DNA of 64,000 nt from Christensenellales bacterium (GCA_040768925.1 JAXGLZ010000001.1:943677-1007676), one strand, 5' to 3'. Shown: positions 39,151-49,674, numbered from the stretch's first letter. The notes: a model not told the origin generated them from the letters alone. Numbers and translations: made by a program.

Positions 39151-40071
39151 TCAGGGGAACTGCGGTTCAATTTCGTTGTTGATCACCTGTTTTTGTATCC
39201 GCGCAATTTTGTCGTTTTCCAAATACATTAACAGGATGCGTTTGACCGCGCAATTATTTCTGAGCGCCAGCACAGCAGGAACGCAGAGATCGTGATCTTT
39301 TGCCGCTTCGAGCGGATGAAACCAGGCTCCATTCGAATGGAGCGTTTCATCCTTCGGATACACCAGGCAATCGATTTTATGTTCTAAAAACAAGGCCCTA
39401 CTCGTCACAAACGCGCTTGTAATGAATTTTACATTCTTGGTATCCGCCAACAGTTGCTGGGTGAGCCGAAACTGATCGGTCGATTTCGGGTCGCTGGCGA
39501 TGGTCATGCCGTCCTGCGGCTTCACGATATCCTCTCCCCAGGAACAAAAAACGTATGGATTGGCATAGGTGCAGTTGCTCAGCGTCGCTATGACTTCGAG
39601 TTCGGGATCGGCAGTCGCGTGCTGAATGGCCGCGGACTTCGAGAGGACGACAAAATCGAAAGCGCCCCGCTTAAGCGCGTCGACGCGGTTGCCCGCCCCC
39701 ATCATATAGGCAAAATTCAATGGAACCGGGCAGTTTTGCATGCAGCAGGTAATTCCCGAGACCAGTCCGGAAAAGCTTTTCGTCCCGGGCATAGGCATCG
39801 TTCCGATGATAAAATTGATACCCGCAAGCTGAAACAGCGCAGCTTCGTTTACAGCCTTGATAAAGGTTCCTCTTTTGCCCAGCTTTTCAAGGACGACGGC
39901 GCCCTCGTCCTGCAGGACCTGCAGCGCTTTTTGCACGACTCCGCGGGATGCATTGACCATGGTTACGTATTCCTGGATCGTCGGAATACGGTCTCCTGTT
40001 TTTGCGCCGATCAGTTCCCGGGCGATAATCGAAGTCGTCAGCCAGCTTTTTTTATATTGAGAATTATACAT
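39151..40071 (-). CDS. GntR-like HTH regulator, YhfZ family (second paralog)
   Basis: HTH IIARELIGAKTGDRIPTIQEYVTMVNASRGVVQKALQVL; paralog of the ORF at 17495-18430. Confidence 0.55.
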   Translation of the reverse strand: MYNSQYKKSWLTTSIIARELIGAKTGDRIPTIQEYVTMVNASRGVVQKALQVLQDEGAVVLEKLGKRGTFIKAVNEAALFQLAGINFIIGTMPMPGTKSFSGLVSGITCCMQNCPVPLNFAYMMGAGNRVDALKRGAFDFVVLSKSAAIQHATADPELEVIATLSNCTYANPYVFCSWGEDIVKPQDGMTIASDPKSTDQFRLTQQLLADTKNVKFITSAFVTSRALFLEHKIDCLVYPKDETLHSNGAWFHPLEAAKDHDLCVPAVLALRNNCAVKRILLMYLENDKIARIQKQVINNEIEPQFP

Positions 40072-40263
40072 ATTTCCCTTTATTCGTTTGCAATTAGTAT
40101 TTTGCACACACTTTGTGCGTCATTTAAGGTTCTTTGGATTCTACCACAAAACTGCTTTTATGTAAATCAGAAAACCGTATGCATGAAATGTACGCCGGTA
40201 TAGGCCTTTTTTTAGCCCAACCGCTTTAGAAAATGAACCCTTCAAAATATCGAAGAATTGGTA

Positions 40264-40292
40264 TTGACACAAGGATGGCAAATATGTATAAT
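40264..40292 (+). promoter_or_regulatory. consensus sigma-A promoter TTGACA-17-TATAAT
   Basis: Perfect hexamers; drives the ORF at 40395. Confidence 0.5.
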
Positions 40293-40394
40293 AAATTGTA
40301 CATATTAGCGGTGCAATTCAATGCTGCGGTCCGATCATACGATTCAATCACAAAACGCAACGGCACGACACCAAAAAACGCAGGAGGTAGAATC

Positions 40395-40922
40395 ATGGCA
40401 AAACTCAACGGGGGCATATTGCTTGCCCAAGCATTAAAAAAGGAGGGCGTTGAGTGTGTCTTCACACTGACAGGCGGACACATTATGCCGATCTTGTATG
40501 GCTGCCGCGACGCGGGCATCAAAGTCGTGGATGGCCGGCATGAAGGCGCCGTGTATCTTTTGACAAAGCGGAACAAGATCACGATCATCGAGATGCTGGG
40601 CCAGGTTGCCGCCGGCCAGGAGGCCTCGCACCGCACGCGCGACCTTGAGACCATGGAAAAGGGCGGCGTGAACATTCAAACCCTCGCCGCCGTGCAGAGC
40701 GTGTCCGACGCGGGCGTGGCTTACACCGACAAGGACGGGGCTTCCCGCTTTGCCGAAGCGGATCTGGTGGTGGTATCCACGGGGCAAAGGCCGGTCGGCG
40801 CGGACCTCGCCCTGGCGCTGGAGGAAAAAGGCATCAAAGTCACCCGCGCGGGCGACGCGATGGCAATAGGCAAGATCCTCGCCAATGTCCGGAGCGGCTT
40901 CCTTGCCGGGTACGACGCCTGA
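40395..40922 (+). CDS. hypothetical 175-aa protein: TPP-enzyme N-terminal-like segment fused to a pyridine-nucleotide-disulfide-oxidoreductase-like segment (possible gene-fragment chimera)
   Basis: AGGAGG RBS at 6 nt; MAKLNGGILLAQALKKEGVECVF...GRHEGAV resembles a TPP N-domain; the C-terminal part resembles a pyr_redox C-terminal piece. Confidence 0.4.
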   Translation: MAKLNGGILLAQALKKEGVECVFTLTGGHIMPILYGCRDAGIKVVDGRHEGAVYLLTKRNKITIIEMLGQVAAGQEASHRTRDLETMEKGGVNIQTLAAVQSVSDAGVAYTDKDGASRFAEADLVVVSTGQRPVGADLALALEEKGIKVTRAGDAMAIGKILANVRSGFLAGYDA

Positions 40923-41013
40923 AAAAAGTGAAAAGCAGCTTGCAAACCGCAGAAACGCCTTTTAGGCGTTTCTGTTGCTTTGGGGTGAAAACCTGCGTCT
41001 GTTTTGCCGAAAT

Positions 41014-41066
41014 TAAACACCCAAACCCCCCGCAAGTACTGAATTTGCGGGGGGTTTGGGTGTTTT
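41014..41066. terminator. strong bidirectional terminator (20-bp GC-rich stem)
   Basis: AAACACCCAAACCCCCCGCAA-gtactgaa-TTTGCGGGGGGTTTGGGTGTTTT. Confidence 0.7.
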
Positions 41067-41291
41067 GGCCTGGAGGCAGAAGCACTGTTGGGGGGGCCGG
41101 TTTGGTTGTAGAAGTCCTAAAATAATCTTTAATTTTATACCCTTTAATATGTGGATGTCAATATGGAATTTGCATTATTCTTCTATTATGTTATAATAGT
41201 CTGTGTCCGCATACGATGCCGTTTGAGGATATAGTAAGAATTCACAACCAAAAAGGAAAATGCTTCACAGACCAAGCAAAGGAGAATGATG

Positions 41292-41885
41292 ATGTATACT
41301 TTGAACGCGGAAAATCGAAATACGAACCTAAAGCCCAAACAACTGAGAAGAAAAGGAATCATTCCAGGCATTTTATATGGGAAAAACCTCAAGGAATCTT
41401 TAAGCATTCAGCTTTCCCAAGCGGAAGCCGCCCGTTTCTTAAAATCCAATTCTACGGGAAGCAAAGCCGAATTGGTGATTGGTGATAAAAAATTCCCGGC
41501 ATTATTGCGGGAGGCCAATTACAAACCGGCGACGGACGAGCTGGAGCATTTAAGTTTTCAAACTCTGCTGGCCGGAGAGATCATCACAAGCACGGCGAGG
41601 ATCGTACTTGTGAACAGAGAAAAGGTTTCGGGAATGATTCAGCAGCCGCAATCCGAGATTTCCTATCGGGCGCTTCCGTCGCATCTCATTGATAAGATCG
41701 AAATTGATCTTGACGGGATGAAGGCGGGGGACAGCATGAGGGTCGGCGATCTCGACATCGTAAAGAATCCTGAGATTGAGATTCTGAGCCCGCTCGATAC
41801 CATGGTGTTTTCTGTTGCCGATCCCCGTAAGCCGGTGGAAACGCCTGAAAACGATGATGAAGCGCCCGAAACCGAAAGCGAATGA
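41292..41885 (+). CDS. rplY: 50S ribosomal protein L25 / general stress protein Ctc
   Basis: MYTLNAENR...KQLRRKGIIPGILYGK N-terminal L25 domain plus acidic C-tail; AAGGAG RBS. Confidence 0.9.
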   Translation: MYTLNAENRNTNLKPKQLRRKGIIPGILYGKNLKESLSIQLSQAEAARFLKSNSTGSKAELVIGDKKFPALLREANYKPATDELEHLSFQTLLAGEIITSTARIVLVNREKVSGMIQQPQSEISYRALPSHLIDKIEIDLDGMKAGDSMRVGDLDIVKNPEIEILSPLDTMVFSVADPRKPVETPENDDEAPETESE

Positions 41886-42092
41886 AATATCATGGCGCCT
41901 TTTAGTACAGGCCGAATGCCCATACGGTATAAAGCGCGCACAGTATTCTCTTGCGAATCAATGATAAAAGCGTGCCATAGCGCAACCCGCCGCGAAGGAG
42001 CCCCAAGAAGATGCTTAACGCATAGTTACCGTTAAAAAAGGGTTTGGACTGGCGTACCTCATGGGTGCGGGCGGGAAAAACGCTTTTTTATT

Positions 42093-42890
42093 ATGGAAAG
42101 GAAACATAAAATGCAGTTAGTCGGACAGGCGGTCGCGCACAAAGTCTTTGGACAGGGGGTCATAACGGATTGCTCTGGCAATATCGTTACCGTCTCTTTT
42201 CTCCAAGGAGATAAAAAGTTCCTATATCCGGATGCTTTTGCCGATTTTTTGATTCTTAAAAACAAGACTGGTCAAAGCAAAATCAATGCTATGTATGAAA
42301 GACGGCTGGAGGCGGAGACCGCGCGAAAACAAGCGCTTCAGGAAGAACAGGAGCGCCGTCAAAGGTTTCGCGCTTTAAAAATCACACCAACTTCTCAAGC
42401 GGCCTTTCATATTGATCTGAACGAACTCGATGAAATTTTTTCATCCGGCGCGATATCGACCGGATGCTATTTAAGCGGCTATTCTAAAGGAAAACCGCGT
42501 ATTCCAAGCAAGCTGAAGCCCAATTCCGCCTGTTTGCTCACCGGATGCCCTGCCAATGCCCCAGAAAAAGAACGCAGGATCCTGGGCGCTTTTATGGTAA
42601 AGGATAGTTTTTGGGGAGACTTGTGCAAAAACGGAATGGTAGAGTGTCACGACGAATATAAAGTGCGTTTGCATTCAAATAAAAGTATGCTGTATTGGGA
42701 TTATTTCGATCGCAGCGATCCTCTCCCGCGATGGGGGAACATGGTGTTCAAATACTTTCCAAACAGCACGATGCAGCGAATCCTGCTTGCTATGAAGAAA
42801 GTATTCCAGGACGCCGAAGAAAAAACAGTCATTCACGAATTCTATCAATATTTCTGTGAGATAAACCGCTTGCCGCAATTAACGGAATGA
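42093..42890 (+). CDS. hypothetical protein with DUF3553-like N-terminal beta-domain, a coiled coil and a Cys/His-rich C-terminal domain
   Basis: MQLVGQAVAHKVFGQGVITDCSGNIVTVSFLQGDKKF resembles DUF3553; alternative start at 42111. Confidence 0.5.
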   Translation: MERKHKMQLVGQAVAHKVFGQGVITDCSGNIVTVSFLQGDKKFLYPDAFADFLILKNKTGQSKINAMYERRLEAETARKQALQEEQERRQRFRALKITPTSQAAFHIDLNELDEIFSSGAISTGCYLSGYSKGKPRIPSKLKPNSACLLTGCPANAPEKERRILGAFMVKDSFWGDLCKNGMVECHDEYKVRLHSNKSMLYWDYFDRSDPLPRWGNMVFKYFPNSTMQRILLAMKKVFQDAEEKTVIHEFYQYFCEINRLPQLTE

Positions 42891-43037
42891 GCAAAACCGC
42901 CGCCGCTTGAATCGGCGGGTTTGCTTAAAAAATTCGGGGTGGATGATGATGATGGCGCATATGTTGTGTTCAAAAAGCCGTATCAGATATTCTTGTTGTC
43001 GCAGCGTTGTCAGCGTAAATCATGCCAGCGCCTCCTT

Positions 43038-43235
43038 TCAGAATAAATCGCAACCCTGTGACTTGAACTCCTCAATTTTTGCGAGCAGGAATTCGGTATC
43101 CACTTCCAAATAGTCCGCAAGGCAGTCAAGACAATAAAACGCTTTGGCTTCTTTACTGAGTAGCTTTTTGGTCAGCCCGATTTCATTTTTGCTAAGGGCT
43201 TCTTTTCCGCATACATAGCAGTTCTTTTTTTCCAC
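43038..43235 (-). CDS. small zinc-ribbon protein (CxxC ... CxxC)
   Basis: 65 aa: CYVCGK ... CLDC. Confidence 0.45.
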   Translation of the reverse strand: MEKKNCYVCGKEALSKNEIGLTKKLLSKEAKAFYCLDCLADYLEVDTEFLLAKIEEFKSQGCDLF

Positions 43236-43239
43236 ACAA

Positions 43240-43719
43240 TTACCCCATTTCTACAGGGTCAGGTCTGACTGAAAACGCAGGGATGTCTTTCCCGCGATAC
43301 TCCACATCAAGCAATCCCAACTGGTATTTAATCGTATCCCGCATTTTTCGCGCTCTATCGAGGCAGTACCGCTTGAATTCACGGACGGTAATATCATTTG
43401 CACTGCGGACTTGCGGGAAAAGCAGTTTCAAATAAGCGGTCGCAATTCGTTTTACCGCTTCTGTGTCTCGTGTATCTGCCGCTTCGGGGACTTCGATAAG
43501 TTCATCAACAATTGCACGATAACTCATATCGTCTTGTAGTTCATGCATAATTGAGCAGAAGTATTCGGAGTTCAACGCCCAGCCAGCAATCTTGAGGTCA
43601 TCATTCATTCTTGGAATGTTCCACCCTTTGATAAACCCGTGGAAACGCTCTATTAGAGCTGACTCGTGAAAGACGGTCGGCAACTCCTCGAACATATTGC
43701 CGAACCCATCCTCATCCAT
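43240..43719 (-). CDS. hypothetical protein (160 aa)
   Basis: Start at MDEDGFG with AAGGA RBS; the ORF-track N-terminal extension to 44004 is low complexity and antisense to another ORF, so rejected. Confidence 0.4.
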   Translation of the reverse strand: MDEDGFGNMFEELPTVFHESALIERFHGFIKGWNIPRMNDDLKIAGWALNSEYFCSIMHELQDDMSYRAIVDELIEVPEAADTRDTEAVKRIATAYLKLLFPQVRSANDITVREFKRYCLDRARKMRDTIKYQLGLLDVEYRGKDIPAFSVRPDPVEMG

Positions 43720-44142
43720 CGTTTCCTTCTTGATGTTACCGCAGAGGACAACACCGGCATCTCCATCAACGCGATGGGCGCCGATGTTGCAATACCCGTT
43801 TTCGCAGAAGGACTTCCGTCCGCACACGGAAACAGAAAAGCCGCCTGCGGTGGATGCCATTCTCCGATTCAGCAAAGAGAATCTGCATATCATGCGGGAA
43901 TGGTGTGAGAAACTGACCCCGCTCAAGGAGAAATTGAACGGCGCGCCGCTCCCAATCGTCATCATGGGCGAGTGGGACGGCAAGATCTGCGATATCACGG
44001 CCAAGCGGCAAATCGTTCTTGTGGCACGCCAGCAGCCGGAGTAAAAATCACCCGGGCGTTGGACGTTCCGGTAGACTTTCTCCCGCCAGAATGTGGTATA
44101 CTGTTCATAACAAGCGAAACTCCAAGGAGAGGACTTTCCGGC

Positions 44143-44934
44143 ATGAAAGCATACGAAGAAGCGCTCAAACTATGGGCGGGATACGACGTGCAAACCCCCG
44201 CCGATTTGGATCTGCGCCTGGACAACTTCCGGGTTCTGTTTGCCTATCATTCCGGCAAGATCGAAAATCCAGAGGTCACACTCCATGACACGCGAGAGAT
44301 ATTCGAAAACGGTCGGGCGATTGGCTTCTCTGGCAACCCCCGAACGCTGTTCGAGCAGCAGAACCAGAAACTTTGCTATGATTACCTTAAGCTGCTGATC
44401 GCCGCCCGCGCCCCGCTGACCGCCGAACTGGTCAAAGAAGTTCACGGTATCCTGACTGCCGGAACCTATGACGAGCACAGGTTCATTGAGCGCGGCGAAC
44501 GGCCTGGCGCGTATAAGAAGCACGATTTTGTCACAGGTCGGTATGAAGTCGGTTCCCCTCCGGGGGACGTTGAAGCCGGCCTGACCGCCCTGATCGACGA
44601 GGTCAACGCCTATCAGGGCGATCAGATTCTCAAGGCCGCGGCCTATTTCCATGCCGGGTTTGAGCATATTCACCCGTTCGCCGATGGCAACGGGCGCGTG
44701 GGCCGGACGCTGCTCAACTATTATCTGCTCACTCACGGCCACCCGCCGCTGATCATCCACGACGAGGACAAAGGCGCTTACTACGACGCTCTGGAAACGT
44801 TCGACGCGCGGGAGGACTTGACTCCCCTGCTTGACGTGCTGAAGCACGAGACGGTAAAAACCTGGGAAGCAACCTTGACCAGGCAAAAGGGAGAAAAGCA
44901 GCCGAGAAAAAAGTTTGACGATTATCAAAGGTAA
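44143..44934 (+). CDS. fic: Fic family protein (AMPylase) with N-terminal inhibitory motif (class II)
   Basis: HPFADGNGRVGR Fic motif; SGKIEN matches the (S/T)xxxE(G/N) inhibitory helix; AAGGAG RBS. Confidence 0.9.
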   Translation: MKAYEEALKLWAGYDVQTPADLDLRLDNFRVLFAYHSGKIENPEVTLHDTREIFENGRAIGFSGNPRTLFEQQNQKLCYDYLKLLIAARAPLTAELVKEVHGILTAGTYDEHRFIERGERPGAYKKHDFVTGRYEVGSPPGDVEAGLTALIDEVNAYQGDQILKAAAYFHAGFEHIHPFADGNGRVGRTLLNYYLLTHGHPPLIIHDEDKGAYYDALETFDAREDLTPLLDVLKHETVKTWEATLTRQKGEKQPRKKFDDYQR

Positions 44935-44947
44935 ATAAAAGCGAGAC

Positions 44948-44977
44948 AAACCCGCATCTACGGACGCGGGTTTTTTA
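44948..44977 (+). terminator. terminator after fic (AAACCCGC-...-GCGGGTTTTTT)
   Basis: Read directly. Confidence 0.6.
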
Positions 44978-45058
44978 TATGCCCAAATCATTCCAAGGAG
45001 GTAAAAAACAATGACCCGTGTCAGTCAGGAACAGATCCAAAACGCAAAGCAATACGAT

Positions 45059-45997
45059 CTAATGACCTATTTTCAATGCGCAAAGCTGGTTGATAAAGCC
45101 CGTATATAATGAATAATCTCCAATAGTTGCATTCCCCGACATCACCTTGAAAGCAATATCCACTCCAATTAATGCTACGGCTATCTCTGGTAGGCTGTCA
45201 AGCAACGCTGTTAGAATAGTACGTTTTTTCAATGTGCTTCGTCTCCGAACAAACAACGGTTTCCATATCTGTTCATAACGTTTTTTTAATCTTTCTCCAG
45301 CAGAAAATAAACGCATATCCTGTGCATATCGCTTATCCGCGGCGACATTTACACAATAGCTCATTTGACGTTGTTCATTTACCTGCTCAATATTCAGCCT
45401 ATATAGTGATTTTGCATATTTCGACGCAGCAATTGAAGATGGTACTGCGGCAACCAACATTAAGAGCCCATATAAAACATGAACTTGTAATAAGACCACA
45501 AATGCTCCTAAAAACGTGATAACTGCGCCTATACAAGTTATTATATTCCAAAGAATGGTATTAATCGCCTGCATGTCACGATTAGCAAGTTGAATTTTAT
45601 CATGAAACTCAGGATTGTCATGATATTCGAGGTCTATCGATAGTGAGCGATCCATCATAACAAGAGACAATTTACTGTTCAAGATTTCGTCGTGCATGGC
45701 CTGACAATACTGTTGCGCTTTTTGCATGAGCATGCGTAAAAGCGCAATTAACAGTAACCCTGCAAAAAGCACCAATAGTTCCACTTGGGTTCTTTGGTTA
45801 TTGCTTCCCACTGCAATCAAATTAATTACATACTTTCCAAGATAGGCTGACATAATTGCTAAAACAGGCGTACAGATTTCAACTCCTATACGCACTGCAG
45901 TATAAAGTTTTGATGCTTTCCAAGAAGCTGACAGCCCCCACGCGATTGTTGAAAAAAGCTGCGGGATTTTTTGAACCCCATTTTTAAACGCTTTCAT
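45059..45997 (-). pseudogene. ABC type I exporter transmembrane domain only (no ATPase domain): truncated gene
   Basis: 6-TM ABC_membrane-like 312-aa ORF ending abruptly with no NBD; followed by an IS256 remnant. Confidence 0.55.
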
Positions 45998-46088
45998 AGA
46001 TTTTATCTCCTCTAAGTAATCGCAGGTCACCCGCGCAGGTACTGTCAACATTTATGCGCAAAAAGGAACGAGGCCATAGGTTTGGCGC

Positions 46089-46475
46089 TCAGCAGACGGC
46101 AGAATCGAATTCTGTCTGACTCTCCAGGTGCTTCATGTTCATATACTTCTTGTTGCCCCATTGTGTTCCCGCGACATGCCGCAGGCGGGCGCACACCAGC
46201 ATGAGGGCGGAATTGCCGTCCGGGAAAGTGCCGACCACCCGTGTTCTCCGGCAAATCCCCCAGTTCAGCCGTTCGATTACGTTGTTGGTACGGATACGCT
46301 GCCAGTGTTCATAAGGGAATTCCATATAAGTCAAAGTCTCCTCAATGCTGTCCTCTACCTTTTTAGCCGCCTCCCTGAGCTTCATGTCTCGCAGAACTTC
46401 GGCAACCTGACGGGCCTTTTCACGGGCAGCGGCTTTGCTCTCCTGAGCAAAATCTGTTTCCCATACGGCAAACAT
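46089..46475 (-). mobile_element. IS256-family (mutator-type) transposase C-terminal fragment
   Basis: ...MEFPYEHWQRIRTNNVIERLN...RRTRVVGTFPDGNSALMLVCARLRHV is the conserved IS256 transposase C-terminus; the N-terminal about 270 aa are absent. Confidence 0.75.
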
Positions 46476-46503
46476 CGCTAAGAGCGCTGCAATTTTTTTA
46501 TAT

Positions 46504-47010
46504 TTTCTATTGAAGGTATTGCTTTAAGTAGATTCTGCAATTCTGTCAGTCTGGCAGGCATTTCTTTTTCAATAAGGTGCTGCCTAATTTCAGAGAATTG
46601 CATCTCCAAGAAAATAGGCATTATCGTTCCCGTAAATATGCGATGTCCTGTCTTCCGTGCCGTGTACTTATCCCATATTTGAAATAATCCACCATATCTA
46701 TGGATCCCAACCTCCTCGAAATGACCGTCACAATATAGTTTGCTAAAAGTTGTGTGATTTATTGCATGTTGGGTTTCATGTGCTGCCGTAGAAATATATG
46801 AATACCCATCTGCAAGTTGATGCGTAGAAATTAAATGTGCTGTTGGAATTTATATCTTTAGGCGCTAGGTAGACTCCATTACAACTGTCGTAGACTTGAA
46901 CTTCAGAAAATGAACGTTCTTGCAAGAACTTTTTATATACCGCATTCTCGCACAGTAAGACAGCATTATCATGTAGGTGATCTGAAAAGCAAATATTAAT
47001 TTTAATTCGG
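46504..47010 (-). pseudogene. frameshifted HExxH zinc-metallopeptidase-like gene remnant
   Basis: Minus-strand translation gives ...YISTAAHETQHAINH... joined by a frameshift to ...DHLHDNAVLLCENAVYKKF...; no start codon. Confidence 0.3.
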
Positions 47011-47623
47011 ATGTCCTTGCAACATCGGAGCTAAAATAGCATTAATGATTTCGAATTCTTTGTCAAGCACTGTACGTCCACCCACTATGTTATATTGCTA
47101 AGTATAACACAAGGAGATGTGTAGTTATATAATCTATTTTTGCTCGGCATCTACTTTTGAATAGTCCTTCAATAAATCCGGCCCCAGTGGTGCCGAATTA
47201 CTCTTGAATAGATCGTTGGAACCTTCACCTAAATGTCTGCTCTAATAATCCGGCCCAAGTTGGGCCGGATTATCCCTGAAGGGGCCTACTGGCTTTTGCT
47301 ACAGCAATCTTGGCTGGAAAATCAAAAAAAATCTGCAATAATCATACAAAAATGCATATTTAGCTAATAATTTGACAGATTGTTACCGTACAGGTATCTT
47401 ATATATGTACCTTGAGAAATACCTTGAAAACAGAATAATGCTGAAAGCAAACAGCGTTACAAAACTCGGCGAAAGCGCTTAACGTCGTCGTGAGTCCGAC
47501 ACATCGAGTCAAAACAGCAAAGCAGTGCGTCACCCACTGAACGGACAGTGTGCACAACTCATGGTGCAGATCGGCCTATGGCATTTCATCCAGGCCGACG
47601 TATTACAGGAGGATCATTTCAGC

Positions 47624-47857
47624 ATGAACGCAAATTCAAATTCTGACGCAACATCCAACCGCATGTTCAAAAGCAATTTAAAGGAAGCTCGATACCGGGC
47701 AGGATATACGACTGTCACTGTGAACAGCCGGTTCGGCCAGGAATACGAGCTGTCCGAACTGCTTTTTAAAATTGCATTACAAAAGTTGAATTGCAACGCT
47801 TTTGCGCGTGCATGTATGATCAATGAACATGATCGGGTTTGCTCCATGCTGCTTTGA
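47624..47857 (+). CDS. small hypothetical protein (77 aa) immediately upstream of the serine recombinase
   Basis: AGGAGG RBS 10 nt upstream; stop 6 nt before the recombinase start. Confidence 0.35.
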   Translation: MNANSNSDATSNRMFKSNLKEARYRAGYTTVTVNSRFGQEYELSELLFKIALQKLNCNAFARACMINEHDRVCSMLL

Positions 47858-47863
47858 AATGTT

Positions 47864-49476
47864 ATGACAAAAGAACATAAAGTAATCGCGGGACTGTATT
47901 GCCGCTTGTCGCGCGACGACAACAACGGCCATCTGGTGAGCATGAGCATCGAAAACCAGGTAAAGATGCTCATGGATTACGCAACCGAACAGGCGTGGGA
48001 GGTGTACGATGTGTACATTGACGACGGTTTTTCAGGCACTAAATTTGATCGCCCGGCCTTTAAGCGGATATTGAAAGACGCGGAAAGCGGATGCATCAAC
48101 TGCATCGCCACCAAGGATTTGAGCCGCCTGGGCCGCAACTACGTCCAGACCGGGTATTACACCGACGAGTATTTCCAAGAAATTGGAATCCGCTACGTTG
48201 CAATCAATGACGGGATCGATACCAGGGAGGACAACAACGACATCGCCGCTTTCCACCACGTGCTGAATGAGCTTTATCCGAAGCAGGTTTCGAAGAAGGT
48301 GCGCCAGGTCAAAGCCGCCCGAGCCCGGGAAGGAAAATTCATCGGCAGCCAGGCTCCTTACGGCTACATCAGGTCTCCCTTTGACAAGTACAAGCTGATT
48401 GTGGACGAGGGTGCGGCAAAGCTTGTGCAACGTCTGTTCCAGGAGTTTGCTTCCGGCGACAGCGGTCGGGCGATTGCCGACAGGCTGAACCGTGAGGGCG
48501 TGGATTCGCCGCGGTTCTACCACTATGCAAAGCTCGGCAAGATCAATCCCCTTGCATCCGAAAAAAGCGTGTGGGGGAGCGGGACGGTGCTTCAGCTGCT
48601 GCGGAATCAAGTTTATCTCGGCAACATGGCCCAGGGGAAGCGCGCGGTGGTGTCTTACAAAACAAAAAGCGGAGACAGGTTGACCCCGAGAACTGGTCTG
48701 TTGTGGAAGGAATCCATGAAGCCATCATCGACCGGCAATTGTGGGACAGAGTGCATGAGCGGCTTTTGAAAAAACGCCATGTACGCAAAACCAAGGGAGC
48801 CACCGTTTCCTTATTCTCGGGTACGCTGTTCTGCTCTGACTGCAAATCGCCCCTTGCGTATTGCGGAGATAAAGGCGTTTACCGGTGCAGCCGGTACACC
48901 AATCACGGGAAGAACGCCTGCACGTCGCATAGTATCAAAGAGAACGCACTTGCCGATTTTGTGTTGGGCGACATTCGTTCCCATGCAAGGAGGATCGCAG
49001 TTGAGCGCGATCGATTGGCTGAGCGGCTGCTGGCCGCATTGAGGGCAAACCGGGAAGCAGAAGTGCGTGCATTGCATGCAAAGCGGCATGAGGTCGCGCA
49101 CCAGCTTGAAGTGAATGCATCCAACTTGAAAAACCTATATGCAGACAAATGTGCCGGCAAGCTGCCTGAACAGGTTTTTTATGGACTGGCAGATGATTTT
49201 ACAAAAGAACAGCGCAGCCTGGAACAAAAGCTTGCATCGTTGGATGGATGGCTTCGAGGCACAGTGGACAACGACCACGAAGTTTCTGAGTGGATGGAAC
49301 AGATCGAACGCCAGCTCAACATTCAAGCCCTGGACAGAACGACTGTGGCGGGACTCATCAAGTGCATTGAAGTCTCAGAAGCCGTCATCAAAAACGGCAA
49401 ACGTGAACAGGCCATTTTCATCGAATACCGTTTCATTGGAACCCTGATCCAAAATGCCAAAGAGGACATAGCCTAG
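47864..49476 (+). pseudogene. large serine recombinase (resolvase domain + recombinase domain + zinc ribbon + DUF4368-like C-terminus), disrupted by a frameshift in an A-run near 48640-48650
   Basis: Two overlapping ORFs (47864-48769 and 48571-49476) together form one canonical large serine recombinase: YCRLSRDD catalytic Ser region ... KRAVVSYKTK | KRRQVDPENW. Confidence 0.8.
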
Positions 49477-49674
49477 GCGATGCCCCCTTTGGTTTTCACT
49501 GTCTCTCTGCTACTACCTTCCGCAAAAAGGTAGTAGCGTCATGTCTATAAACCTTGCTTTTGATACAATAACACGATTCCTATAGAAAACCAGGCGGGTG
49601 CAGCTGGGGGTGTATCGGGTGCATACTATGACACGATTACTATGACACCATTTATATTCTTCACGCGCTCTGTC

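Noticed and set aside
43720-44004. N-terminal extension of the minus-strand ORF 43240-44004
   Set aside because: Ser-rich low-complexity; an internal ATG with RBS at 43719 gives a compact protein
44170-44991. 273-aa minus-strand ORF
   Set aside because: Antisense to fic
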